Positions 1-9,741 are shown, counted from the first letter of the stretch. The stretch is 64,000 bases of DNA from a virus (IMGVR_UViG_3300021387_000034:18011-82010), one strand, 5' to 3'. Notes: generated from the letters alone by a model not told the origin. Translations and numbers: made by a program.

Positions 1-66
1 TTTTGTACTTACTCTTCGCCAACTAACATACTTTTTCATACTACTATTATTCATATTTGGGTTGTT

Positions 67-336
67 TTATTTTTTAAATCGGTTCAAATAATCTTCGCGC
101 CCACATTCCCACATATCGCCATCAAACCATACCATAGACTCTCCTTTAATGGCTCGTTTGGCATCCGCTATGCTGCAATACGGAAACTCGTTCACTTGCA
201 TCAACGCTGGTGCGTTTTCGACTTTATTACTTGGATTGTCAATTAAGACAAACTCGTTTCCGAACTCATCCTCCACACGACGTATAAAGTGATTCTTATA
301 CGTGATGGTGTTTCTTGTATGAACTTTTACTTTCAT
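67..336 (-). CDS. early-region hypothetical protein
   Basis: ATG ORF in tightly packed minus-strand run with AT-rich leader. Confidence 0.7.
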   Translation of the reverse strand: MKVKVHTRNTITYKNHFIRRVEDEFGNEFVLIDNPSNKVENAPALMQVNEFPYCSIADAKRAIKGESMVWFDGDMWECGREDYLNRFKK

Positions 337-373
337 AGTTTTGTTTTATTTTAAGTTACTATGCCATGATTGT

Positions 374-673
374 TTAATCAACATAATAAGTTCTAAACAT
401 ATACGAACTTGTACAGGGCTTTCTTCGTTTGTCCGTTTCTTCTTCGTAATCAACTTGGAATGTTTCTCCTGATTTATTACTTCGTATCGCTTCATCAAGA
501 CAATAGAATGCGTTTATTCTATTCAAGTAATCAATTTGACTGTTGGTTAAACCATCAGCTTTTGCACCACGAATAGCTTTTTTGACACTTGAATACAAAC
601 CAACAACATCTTCATACTTTTTTTGGTAGTAGTTGTCTTCACCGTAAGCAGTGACAATGATAATTGTTTTCAT
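374..673 (-). CDS. early-region hypothetical protein
   Basis: ATG ORF, co-oriented with neighbours. Confidence 0.7.
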   Translation of the reverse strand: MKTIIIVTAYGEDNYYQKKYEDVVGLYSSVKKAIRGAKADGLTNSQIDYLNRINAFYCLDEAIRSNKSGETFQVDYEEETDKRRKPCTSSYMFRTYYVD

Positions 674-703
674 AATCGTTTTGTTTTAGTTAATAAAAAA
701 TGT

Positions 704-753
704 GGCGGTAGCCGTTTCCTCCACGACTACAAAGGTTTATATTTCATACCGCC
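704..753 (-). terminator. GC-rich intergenic hairpin followed by U-rich tract (terminator/attenuator-like)
   Basis: GGCGGTA/TACCGCC and GTAGTCGT/ACGGCTAC arms, then ATTTTTTATT on minus strand. Confidence 0.35.
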
Positions 754-770
754 TCCGTTTTTTATGTTGG

Positions 771-848
771 TTACTTATTACCGCCCATTTTGAATATATC
801 ACCCGTAAGAATCATGCCAAGAACACCAACGATTAAAATAAATTCCAT
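771..848 (-). CDS. 25-aa putative membrane peptide (MEFILIVGVLGMILTGDIFKMGGNK)
   Basis: translated by hand, below ORF-track cutoff; hydrophobic N-half; fills gap in operon. Confidence 0.5.
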   Translation of the reverse strand: MEFILIVGVLGMILTGDIFKMGGNK

Positions 849-871
849 AACTTAAAACAACTCATTTCTGT

Positions 872-994
872 TTAGTCATTCAATTCATAATGATAACCAC
901 CAGCAAGGCGGCAACCGCCAAAATCACACGTTTGCGCAAAATAACATTCTTTACAGTCGTTATTGCCTTTCGTCTTAACTTCTATATATTTCAT
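872..994 (-). CDS. 40-aa Cys-rich small protein (CxxC...C...C)
   Basis: translated by hand: MKYIEVKTKGNNDCKECYFAQTCDFGGCRLAGGYHYELND. Confidence 0.55.
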   Translation of the reverse strand: MKYIEVKTKGNNDCKECYFAQTCDFGGCRLAGGYHYELND

Positions 995-1088
995 ATCACA
1001 CTTCACTTTCTTGTAAATAGAATACGTTTTATTATTTATATATAATAATTATTATATGTTATTCAAAATTAAGTGTAAAAATGCCACC

Positions 1089-1298
1089 TTACAGGCAATC
1101 GAAATACGAAAGTATTCTAATATTCGAAACCCAGAAAGATTTCCAAAATTTAGGATATAATTCACCCGAAAGATAAAGCACACCACACCAACACAACCCA
1201 ATAAGCGACCACCAACCGCCGCTTAAAGTAAGCACGATGGCCACAAATAAAGCCACCGTGCAAACGAGATAGTTAATTACACTTTTCATAAATTCCAA
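1089..1298 (-). CDS. small membrane protein
   Basis: two hydrophobic segments; overlaps upstream gene. Confidence 0.6.
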   Translation of the reverse strand: MEFMKSVINYLVCTVALFVAIVLTLSGGWWSLIGLCWCGVLYLSGELYPKFWKSFWVSNIRILSYFDCL

Positions 1299-1483
1299 TT
1301 TAAAACTTCATTTTCAGTCGGTTTAATTCTCCATAAAACACCAGAGTATTTGTTCTGCCTTGTCATTACATCTATCGCAACGTCAATGTTTGCACAAAAC
1401 GTACTCGGAATACCTTTTGTTTTTGCTTTTTCTTCCTCGTCCTTATCAAAAGGAACGACCATATATGGATAGTCTTCTTTCAT
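1286..1483 (-). CDS. hypothetical protein
   Basis: coupled overlap with neighbours. Confidence 0.6.
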   Translation of the reverse strand: MKEDYPYMVVPFDKDEEEKAKTKGIPSTFCANIDVAIDVMTRQNKYSGVLWRIKPTENEVLNWNL

Positions 1484-1665
1484 AAAACATATATTGCATT
1501 AACTTTTGTTAGACGCTCGAAAGCAACATCATACATAAATCCTCTAACTTGATTCTTTCCGTCATTATAAACGTGCCAGAAACCTTTGTTCTCGCTGCAT
1601 ATCTCTACGACCTCATGCATACCGCTATAAGCGTTATAGAACTTCATTCCTACTTCTGCCTTCAT
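1480..1665 (-). CDS. hypothetical protein
   Basis: 4-bp overlap with downstream gene. Confidence 0.6.
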   Translation of the reverse strand: MKAEVGMKFYNAYSGMHEVVEICSENKGFWHVYNDGKNQVRGFMYDVAFERLTKVNAIYVL

Positions 1666-1671
1666 ATCAGT

Positions 1672-1827
1672 TCACATGTTTCTTATATCATTTAAAACCT
1701 TTTTAGCATCGTTAGTATAGTTATCGTAATTGTCGCCAGCGATGAGTTCTAAAACTAACTGCTTTAAAATATAAAGTTCTTGTTTGGAAAACTCAACCAA
1801 GACTTTTTCGTCAAATATCCGTTTCAT
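1672..1827 (-). CDS. 51-aa hypothetical protein
   Basis: translated by hand: MKRIFDEKVLVEFSKQELYILKQLVLEL...; fills gap. Confidence 0.55.
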   Translation of the reverse strand: MKRIFDEKVLVEFSKQELYILKQLVLELIAGDNYDNYTNDAKKVLNDIRNM

Positions 1828-1841
1828 GTTGTTTTTAATTT

Positions 1842-2321
1842 TTAATCCACATAATCGTAATAATACCTAATGGTATCGTCGTGCTGCTTGTTGTCGCTGT
1901 CGAACCATTCAAAGTACAAGTCTTTCGTCATAAGATATAGTTCGGAATACATTTCTGCATACTGACGATTGCCTCGTGCTGCATGTTCACAAGCCTTCAT
2001 GTTTAGCACAATGATAATTTCGGCAAAGAATTCGATGTCGTCACGCCAATTCGTCAAAGCATTGTTCAATGTGCTTGCGATGGCAGACATACCTTCCATA
2101 GGAACACACCACTCGGCAATCGAGAAGTCACTGGTGTATGTGGTCTTTCGCTTGTAATCTTCACGCAGGTTTGCTTCAAAGTTTTTCTCGCACCATGTCG
2201 CGTATGTAAACGGGTTACGGATATTGCGCTGAATTAAATCATCACACATGTCATCGTACTCGTGCGACTTTACAAAATCGCACATTTCTTTCACTCGTTG
2301 ATTAAAATCTTTCTTTGTCAT
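1842..2321 (-). CDS. conserved phage hypothetical protein
   Basis: 159-aa ORF; TYTSDFSIAEW...IIVLNMK pattern recalled from gut-phage hypotheticals. Confidence 0.7.
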   Translation of the reverse strand: MTKKDFNQRVKEMCDFVKSHEYDDMCDDLIQRNIRNPFTYATWCEKNFEANLREDYKRKTTYTSDFSIAEWCVPMEGMSAIASTLNNALTNWRDDIEFFAEIIIVLNMKACEHAARGNRQYAEMYSELYLMTKDLYFEWFDSDNKQHDDTIRYYYDYVD

Positions 2322-2342
2322 ACTCGTATTTGTTTTAATTAT

Positions 2343-2603
2343 TCATTCATCAACTTTACACCATACAGCCAACAAATAATTACGATTGCTACCATCGTAG
2401 GAAACGTATTGACAATAAGTAGTACCTTTTACGTCATCGCCATCGTCAAACGTCCAATCCCTATAAGGCATTGTACCCATACACATACCGAACACAGGGC
2501 CGTCCTCTGCAAAACTTGTCTTATTAAAGAAAAAGTCACGCGAATAAATAACCATCATGTCGTTACCAACATGAGCCGTGATTGAAAAATTGAACTTTGC
2601 CAT
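2343..2603 (-). CDS. hypothetical protein
   Basis: ATG ORF in operon. Confidence 0.65.
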   Translation of the reverse strand: MAKFNFSITAHVGNDMMVIYSRDFFFNKTSFAEDGPVFGMCMGTMPYRDWTFDDGDDVKGTTYCQYVSYDGSNRNYLLAVWCKVDE

Positions 2604-2635
2604 AACTCATAATCTTTAAAAGTTAAACATGTGTT

Positions 2636-2842
2636 TTAAATTTCGTAACCTAATTTTACATCTATCCACCGATGACATTCATTAAAGTCTGATGATTCAA
2701 AAACAACATCAAAATCTTCAATGTTGTAACCTTCATTGTTGTTAAGAAGATAATTCCCGTCCTCGTCAAAATCGTCATAAGAAAACACGTTAAAAACGTC
2801 CGTATCTTCCTGCGCTACAAAGAATTGCTTTTCTTGTTTCAT
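2636..2842 (-). CDS. small acidic protein (possible DNA-mimic-like)
   Basis: very Asp/Glu-rich 68 aa. Confidence 0.6.
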   Translation of the reverse strand: MKQEKQFFVAQEDTDVFNVFSYDDFDEDGNYLLNNNEGYNIEDFDVVFESSDFNECHRWIDVKLGYEI

Positions 2843-2860
2843 AACATGATTGTATTTCGT

Positions 2861-3190
2861 TTATAAGTTGATAATCTCGATATTGTTTTCTTTGGCGTAT
2901 GCCATGCCGTCCGTGATAGCATTTTTCATGCTTTGCAAACGATAGTGAGCAGAACCTTCTAAGTCTATGTCATTACACAAGGCATTAACGAGATTTTTTG
3001 TTGCCCCAACCGTCTGAGAAATAATGACATTCTTCCAACAAGTATTGAAAAACGTTTTACCTTTCCATATTGTATAATCACCTTGGCGATATACGAGCTT
3101 CCATCCCAAAATGTTTTCAATTTCATTGTACGTTTTTCTGCCGCGCGCAATATTTAAGCGGACAGCAAAAGAATTTATAATTTTTTCCAT
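2861..3190 (-). CDS. hypothetical protein
   Basis: ATG ORF in operon. Confidence 0.65.
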   Translation of the reverse strand: MEKIINSFAVRLNIARGRKTYNEIENILGWKLVYRQGDYTIWKGKTFFNTCWKNVIISQTVGATKNLVNALCNDIDLEGSAHYRLQSMKNAITDGMAYAKENNIEIINL

Positions 3191-3234
3191 AACTTTACCT
3201 CCTATATTTTAAATATATCACATTTTTCTTTGCT

Positions 3235-3543
3235 TTATATAGACCACCCGCAAAAATCGTCCTTTTCGTATTTCACGATATCTGCTGCGGTTTGATACAC
3301 TTCCGAAGAATAATGGCCTGCACAATCAAACAACTCACAACCATCTGGCAAGTCAAGTGACAAGCCACAACATTTAATACCGCTGTTCAAAACAAGAAAT
3401 TCGCAAACGTGAGTATCTCCGAGTGCGTCATAGTAACTAACATATCCAGAAGAACTATTTTTTAAAACGTCACGAGCATCACTGAACTCGTTGTACGTCT
3501 TATACTCTTTTACCGTATTATTGCAAAATGTTATCGTATTCAT
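3235..3543 (-). CDS. hypothetical protein
   Basis: ATG ORF in operon. Confidence 0.65.
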   Translation of the reverse strand: MNTITFCNNTVKEYKTYNEFSDARDVLKNSSSGYVSYYDALGDTHVCEFLVLNSGIKCCGLSLDLPDGCELFDCAGHYSSEVYQTAADIVKYEKDDFCGWSI

Positions 3544-3656
3544 AATTTTAAATCGTTTTAAAGTGTTTATTTCTCACTACCTTATAAAGTGCCCACCGAC
3601 GCAAAATAAATGCACCAGTGGGCACAAAAACATGTTTAAAATTAAGATAGGATATT

Positions 3657-3830
3657 TTACAGCTTGCCGCAAACATTATGCCACCAGCATGATAACTCAA
3701 AACGAGCTGCCATCTTATAATTCCATGTGTGCCAGTGGTACATATCAACCGCCGCAAACAATGTCGGAAAAAGCGGGAAGCAAATAAAATTAACAAGCAC
3801 CCGCGCAAAGATTCTGATGTTTCTTTTCAT
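3657..3830 (-). CDS. 57-aa putative membrane protein
   Basis: translated by hand: MKRNIRIFARVLVNFICFPLFPTLFAAVDMYHWHTW... Confidence 0.5.
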   Translation of the reverse strand: MKRNIRIFARVLVNFICFPLFPTLFAAVDMYHWHTWNYKMAARFELSCWWHNVCGKL

Positions 3831-4079
3831 AACTTTTGTCCTCTTATCTTTTAGTGTTAAACATTATATTATTATTTCTTTTCTTTGTACGTTTATTTTG
3901 TCGATATGCGCTTATTTTTACCTTTGTGGATAAATTACAAAGGTGTGCAAATAAATGCCTTAAAACGCTTAAAAACGTGTTTCGTTTATTATATTTCGCG
4001 GGTGTAAAGGTCTTGCTCCTTTGTGCTGCATCTTAAAATACATTTGCACCCTATTTATAAAGTTAGTGAAGGGCTTTTG

Positions 4080-4895
4080 CTATTTGCCCTCCACTATCTT
4101 TTTTGCTATATTCTCAGCCGTTAGGTGTGCGCAATCATAATAACAAAGAATTGAGTTGAAATTCTTTGCATCTTCACAAAGGGCATCTTTCATTGCATCT
4201 TTTTTGTCAATTGCACGGCCGTATGTTCCAACAAAACCAGCGGGTATGCCTTCTGTTACTTCAATCGCTTTAAAGAAATGCCGCCGCAACATTGAGGGGT
4301 GAGCCAACGGATAACACATTTTTAGAACATCAAAAGGTTGGGCTGCACTTTTGATGCGTACCAAAAAAGCGGAAGTCGTTTTGCTCATTTCGCTTATTTC
4401 TGACAAATAAATATTTAATCTGATTCCTGATGCTTCAATAAGCATGCATGCCGAAATAAAATTTGCGGCCGTGTTAATTATGCTTTCGGCTGATATGCCA
4501 CCGCCACAGCTGCAATTATAGCAAATGTTTAAAACTTTTTGCTTTTGTCTTATTTCGCGCACGTTTATCATTGCCGTTGGTATGCATGCAATTGCATTTG
4601 GTACATTTGGAGCAACACCACACACACAACTGAAGATTTGCCGTTTTGATTGCATATTCTTTAATTTTAGACGTGTTGTAGAAACGCCAGCTGCTTCAAT
4701 TTTCTTTTGTAACTTTCTATCACCGTACAAAAGCAAATCATTTGCTTCTTGATATGTTCTTGTTTTACAACAACTCGTTTTTCTTTCTGATTCTACGATG
4801 CTGGACTGCTCATCAATAAAGTTATCCTGCACCTTTCTTTGTAGGTAGTTACTAAATTCGCCCAATGAATTGAATTTTTTATATATATGTTTCAT
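4080..4895 (-). CDS. vWA-like partner of AAA+ ATPase (CobT/ViaA-like, degenerate MIDAS)
   Basis: KVLNICYNCSCGGG strand/loop, GIRLNI, HPSMLRRHFF; directly downstream of MoxR-type ATPase. Confidence 0.5.
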   Translation of the reverse strand: MKHIYKKFNSLGEFSNYLQRKVQDNFIDEQSSIVESERKTSCCKTRTYQEANDLLLYGDRKLQKKIEAAGVSTTRLKLKNMQSKRQIFSCVCGVAPNVPNAIACIPTAMINVREIRQKQKVLNICYNCSCGGGISAESIINTAANFISACMLIEASGIRLNIYLSEISEMSKTTSAFLVRIKSAAQPFDVLKMCYPLAHPSMLRRHFFKAIEVTEGIPAGFVGTYGRAIDKKDAMKDALCEDAKNFNSILCYYDCAHLTAENIAKKIVEGK

Positions 4896-4983
4896 TGCTA
4901 TTTGTTTTTTTTGTTTTAAGCGTGTTTTAGGTGTGCAAGTATATACTTTATTACCTGCACACCTTTTTAATACCTTATGGCTT

Positions 4984-6234
4984 TTATTTTATCAATTCTG
5001 ACATTGCTTTTGCCCAAACGTTGTCTTTATTTTTAAGTGCACCGTAAATGATGCGCACATCATCGGTATCACGCCCGCCAAAGACATTTCTTTTTAACGC
5101 TTTCGCCTTACCATATTTCTGTGCCAAATCACTTGCAAGTATTGAGGTTTGGCGGTACGATACGCACAACTGAATGCCAGCCGTTTTGATTGCGTTCCGC
5201 AAATCGACTATAAAGTTATACAGAACTTCGTCACCTTTCGCCATTACATTAAATTCAACGTTTTTCTCATAGTGCATCTCGAAAAATGCAAAGCGGTTAA
5301 TTGTGCTTGCGTCTTGAACGCTTCTTGCTGTATATTCAACGTCTGCACCCGTTAACGCTGTGTTACCTGCGGCAATTATGCGAAAATTGGGATGAGCTTC
5401 AACACAACCGATAATCGGAAAATCATATCTGCGGTTAGCTATTGCCGTGTTTAAAACTACAAGTGCTTCGGGTGCGCTTGCATCCATTTCATCAATGAAA
5501 AACAACCCTCCCTTTGTAAAAGCTTTGAAAAACGGCGTATCTTGATAATTGCCGTTAGCATCTCCGTACCCCTTTACATCATGCGCAAATAGCACCTGTG
5601 ATTGTGTGTAATAATCGAGGTTAAGAGTCGATGCAATTTGTTCTGCTGTGTGCGATTTGCCGCAACCTGCTGCACCATACATATAAACGGGTTGCCCATG
5701 TGCTATATAGTCGGCAATCTCTTCAAAATCACTGCACCTATACTCGTTGGGTTTAACGCCAGCCCTTTTGATTATTGCCTTCACCTTTGCGGGTTCTGCT
5801 GTTGCAAGCTTGGTTAATTCTTCGCGCACTATTTCGCGTACCTTTGCAATATCCACATCACCGCCACGAAGATTTTTAATAGCTGCAATAAGAGCCTGTT
5901 CGTTAACGTCTTCGGTTGGTTCGTTATTATTTATACCTTCGTTAACTACTTCTTCAACTTCTTCAACGACCTCGGTCGGTTCGTTGACTGGTGCTGTTGT
6001 TGGTTTCGGCCGTGGTGTGCATGTGCTTTTCTTTTTCTTGATTGCCTCCCAGCCTTCGGCCGTTTTTAGGTATGTACCGTCTTCAACATGCTCATCGAGG
6101 ACGAGGCATGTATTACGATTTAAGAAACGCTGACCACAACCTTTTCCGCGTACCGAAAAAAAGATGCGGTCGTTTTTGATTGTTAAATTGCTAACATTAA
6201 CCTCTTCACCAGTGATTTGATTTTTGAATAACAT
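4984..6234 (-). CDS. MoxR/CbbQ/CobS-like AAA+ ATPase
   Basis: Walker A GAAGCGKS, Walker B FFIDEMD, sensor AAGNT, Arg finger DASTINRF. Confidence 0.85.
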   Translation of the reverse strand: MLFKNQITGEEVNVSNLTIKNDRIFFSVRGKGCGQRFLNRNTCLVLDEHVEDGTYLKTAEGWEAIKKKKSTCTPRPKPTTAPVNEPTEVVEEVEEVVNEGINNNEPTEDVNEQALIAAIKNLRGGDVDIAKVREIVREELTKLATAEPAKVKAIIKRAGVKPNEYRCSDFEEIADYIAHGQPVYMYGAAGCGKSHTAEQIASTLNLDYYTQSQVLFAHDVKGYGDANGNYQDTPFFKAFTKGGLFFIDEMDASAPEALVVLNTAIANRRYDFPIIGCVEAHPNFRIIAAGNTALTGADVEYTARSVQDASTINRFAFFEMHYEKNVEFNVMAKGDEVLYNFIVDLRNAIKTAGIQLCVSYRQTSILASDLAQKYGKAKALKRNVFGGRDTDDVRIIYGALKNKDNVWAKAMSELIK

Positions 6235-6296
6235 AATAAATTCTCCTATCTTTTAAAAGTTAAACATTAAATAATTATATCTTCGTGGGTTATTAA

Positions 6297-6629
6297 TTAC
6301 TTTATATTTAGTAGATTAATCATGTTTTCGTACTTAAAACGAGTGCGGCTTTCGTTAACAAAGCGAAATGAATTTTGTTTTGGCATTACACCAAGAAAAA
6401 ACATTGCTTTATACAAAAAACTGCCACTAAATTTTCTGTATTCGTACATGATATGATATGCTTTTTCATCAAGAGAAAGTAACTTTTTCCAAGAGTTTTT
6501 ATACTCCGCAAATGTTCTATCTGAACACGAGTGCATTACAGCCAAAGAAAGGCGGTTGTAATTCTTTGCTTCTGCTTTCATTTCCTTAGCAATACTCTTG
6601 TATTCGCTTAAAAGATTCTTAATTTTCAT
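6297..6629 (-). CDS. hypothetical protein
   Basis: ATG ORF in operon. Confidence 0.65.
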   Translation of the reverse strand: MKIKNLLSEYKSIAKEMKAEAKNYNRLSLAVMHSCSDRTFAEYKNSWKKLLSLDEKAYHIMYEYRKFSGSFLYKAMFFLGVMPKQNSFRFVNESRTRFKYENMINLLNIK

Positions 6630-6652
6630 AATAAAATACCATATAATTTAAA

Positions 6653-7000
6653 TTAAACGAATTTAACTTGCCCATTCACCTCAAGTGTAACAGCTTCCTG
6701 CTGCATTTCGTTTTTGATACGCTCTGCAATTGCATAAACCTTTGCAAAGTTTTCCTGCAATTGTGCAGAACTGCAAAATGAATAAACTATTGTAACCTCT
6801 TCTAATACGGTCTCCCCGTTTGCACACACCCAGCCACCGACGGCCTTCGATGCGGTTGCACCGCCAAACATTTGCGCCAACTCTGTTATTGTGCGCTTCA
6901 CCTGCTCGCTGTTGTCTGTTTGCTCGTTAACGTTCACGGTTGAAGGTACATAAATACTAACTTTGCAGTCCAAATCGAATTTAAATTTTAAAGTTTTCAT
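6653..7000 (-). CDS. GlnB/PII-like fold protein (DUF3574-like)
   Basis: FGGAT...GGW...G..V.EE...I....QQEAV pattern recalled from DUF3574. Confidence 0.5.
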   Translation of the reverse strand: MKTLKFKFDLDCKVSIYVPSTVNVNEQTDNSEQVKRTITELAQMFGGATASKAVGGWVCANGETVLEEVTIVYSFCSSAQLQENFAKVYAIAERIKNEMQQEAVTLEVNGQVKFV

Positions 7001-7445
7001 AATTATATCTTTTAATAAACATAAATAAAATTGTGAGCTGGTATAAATTCACTAAACTCCCAGCCCGTGAAAATCATTTGTTCTGTTACTTTGTACATGT
7101 ATATTCATTGCATTTTTTCGTGCATTGTTCCCAGTGCTAACTATCTTTGCAAATTACATGAAAACATGAGGCAAACGATATATTTTCGTTTTATTTTGCT
7201 TTTCTTTTGTTTTTGTTAGATGCTCTTTTTGCTACTCATTTATTTATACTTTTCGCTTCCCTCGCTCATATCATCGCGTTTTCGCTAAAGCCTTCAACGT
7301 TTCACCGCCTTTTAACTTTCGCTCGTGGCAGGCACCGCCACACCTTATTTATAGTCGGCTGTTCACCGACTCCCATTTGCACGACTGTCACCCGCGTAAA
7401 CGTTGTTTCAGCATGTCAAAAAACGCTTGTGTTATAAACACATTG

Positions 7446-7476
7446 CAAAGGTACAACAAGTTTTCAATATATCAAA
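7446..7476 (-). promoter_or_regulatory. Bacteroidetes sigma-A promoter for early leftward operon
   Basis: TTTG-N19-TACCTTTG on minus strand. Confidence 0.75.
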
Positions 7477-8273
7477 CAAATCGGCCAAAAATGTTATTTA
7501 TTTAAATCTTTTATATATTTAGAAACACTTTTTCACATTTACACTTTTAGTCTTTTTCGCATCTTTGCACCCGCCTTTCAATTATGCGCGTACCTATTAT
7601 ATATAATAAATAAGCTTATAGCGCGTATCTTTACCCGCTGTGCGCTTTTCATGCTTTATAAGTGTATTATTATCGGTGTGATTGTTTTGTGTGCTTAAAC
7701 AAAGTTTTTAAATGTTTGCTTGTTGTCTTGTTCCTAATTTCTCTGGTAACAAAACAAGCATCTTTTTTCGCCCCCGTTTTGATAGTGTTATCTCAACACT
7801 TATTGCATGCTTTTATACCTAATTTTTAAGGTAAGAACGTTCAAAATGCAACTAATTAATAATCAATAAGTTAATATTTATTAACAATGAATAATGTTTA
7901 CATTATATTGTAACTAAATACTACCTAAATACCTATAAATAAAGGCTTTATGAACGATTATTGTATAATGTTATTTATGATTTTTTTGTACAAAAGACCC
8001 CAATTTTGCCACCGTCGCGTTATCTCGCGTTTCGTGGGGAACTATTCCACACCCTATTTTTTCGCCGTTTTGTGTGCGCACACACACACCTTTTTTTATT
8101 TAGAATTGTATAAATAATTCCGTTAATTCCGTGAAACACCCATAAACAAAGACTTTTTAACCTCTTTACACTTTTTAAATATAAACCTTTCATTATGTTA
8201 AAACCCTTTATTCATGGGCATCTGCAAAGGTTTTAACGTGCATGATACACAATACAAAAATATAGCAATTAAC

Positions 8274-8293
8274 AATTGTGTGCGCACACAATT
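8274..8293. repeat. perfect 20-bp palindrome AATTGTGTGCGCACACAATT; 14-bp core also at 8071-8084
   Basis: read directly. Confidence 0.9.
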
Positions 8294-9280
8294 CTAAATA
8301 AGCGTGAAACATTATTTGGACAGACTTTCGCTATTAGTGTATATTACACACATACACGAAACACCAACCAATTATATAGTCACTTTTAGTTACTAACTTG
8401 TGGTACGGTTACTCACTTTCTTTCTTTTATATTTCTTTCTTATATTATATATATACTTATATATACTTAATTATATAATCTTATTTTCTTTTATGTGCCT
8501 TTTCTTTTTCTATAATCAAACATCGTTTGCCATGCCCTTATATAGACAAATTGTTGCTTGCTATATCATGAAACACAACAACGCAATTTTGCCCATTTAT
8601 TTGCCCTTATTCGCACATCGCTTTATTTAGACAAATAATATAAAACCATGTTCGTTTTGTGCCGTTTCCCGTTTTTTTCTCGTGCTTTATTGCATCATTC
8701 TTTTATTCTTGGCTGCAAAGTGTTGAAAAACAAGCGGTCAGGCATGTTTTTGTACTTGTGCAACGAACATTTAGGAAACGCAACGGCTTGAAAATCAATA
8801 CTTTATAAGTTTTAGACGGGGGTGGGGGGGGCGTGTGTGCTTTTCTTTCGTGTGGTGCAAACAGTTTATTTCTGAAAAAAATAAATTTTCCGAAAAAGAA
8901 AAATTTTCAAAAATCGAAAAATTGAAATTTTGAAAAAAGAAAAAATTGTTGGTTATGTATCTTGTATTTGTGTTGTATGGTGGTAAAATAGTCAAATAAG
9001 CATGATTAAACCGTCTTATTTTGCTACTTTTGTACATATTAAGCGAAAATCGGGTAAAAATCATGCTTATTTTGTCGAATTACGCGTGTGTGTACGTGTG
9101 CGTATATATAGATAAACTTATTATTATATAGTGTTATTCTTTATATATAGATATTATCTTACATGCGCGTAATAAGGATATTATTATATATAGTATATCT
9201 TAATATATAAAGTAACCTTTATAAATGTGAATAATATATAAAATAAGGAACTAATATTGTAATATTTAAAATAAAGTTAT

Positions 9281-9288
9281 TATATTTG
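9281..9288 (+). promoter_or_regulatory. Bacteroidetes -7 promoter box for rightward operon
   Basis: TATATTTG about 50 bp upstream of ATG 9337. Confidence 0.6.
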
Positions 9289-9336
9289 CACCGTGAATTT
9301 TATATTTATTATTTAATTTATGATTTTGTATAGTAT

Positions 9337-9741
9337 ATGAAAGCAAACGAATTGATGATTGGCGATTGGGTGATGAATACCCATAATCAAAAGCCCGAAC
9401 AGGTTTGTGAAATTCGTGAGAGTATGGTGATGTTGGATTACAATGACTTGTATGACTTTGATGAAATAGAGCCAATCCCTATCATTCAAGAGATTCTTGA
9501 AAAGAATGGGTTTGTTGCCAAAAAGTATGTTTATCCATACCCATATTATGAATACGAGGTTAAAGAAATCAAAGTAAAAGTCGGATTTGCATTTCCGCAA
9601 GGAAATAGAACATCACACAAAGAACCTTGGGTTTATATTGATACGGAAAATGTTTTTGTTGAGCATTTACCTTGTACGTTTGTTCACCAACTACAGCACG
9701 CATTAAGACTTTGTGGAATTGAAAAAGAAATAGTGTTATGA
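9337..9741 (+). CDS. hypothetical protein (paralog of 62271-62660)
   Basis: MKAxELMIGDWV.NTHNQ N-terminus and C-terminal HxLQHAL...IEKEIVL shared. Confidence 0.75.
   Translation: MKANELMIGDWVMNTHNQKPEQVCEIRESMVMLDYNDLYDFDEIEPIPIIQEILEKNGFVAKKYVYPYPYYEYEVKEIKVKVGFAFPQGNRTSHKEPWVYIDTENVFVEHLPCTFVHQLQHALRLCGIEKEIVL

Noticed and set aside
1039-1056. 18-bp perfect AT-only palindrome
   Set aside because: Expected by chance in very AT-rich intergenic DNA.
7207-9064. short ORFs in the control region (7207-7437, 8400-8630, 8795-9064)
   Set aside because: Low-complexity F/L/I/Y translations of T-rich DNA with non-ATG starts.
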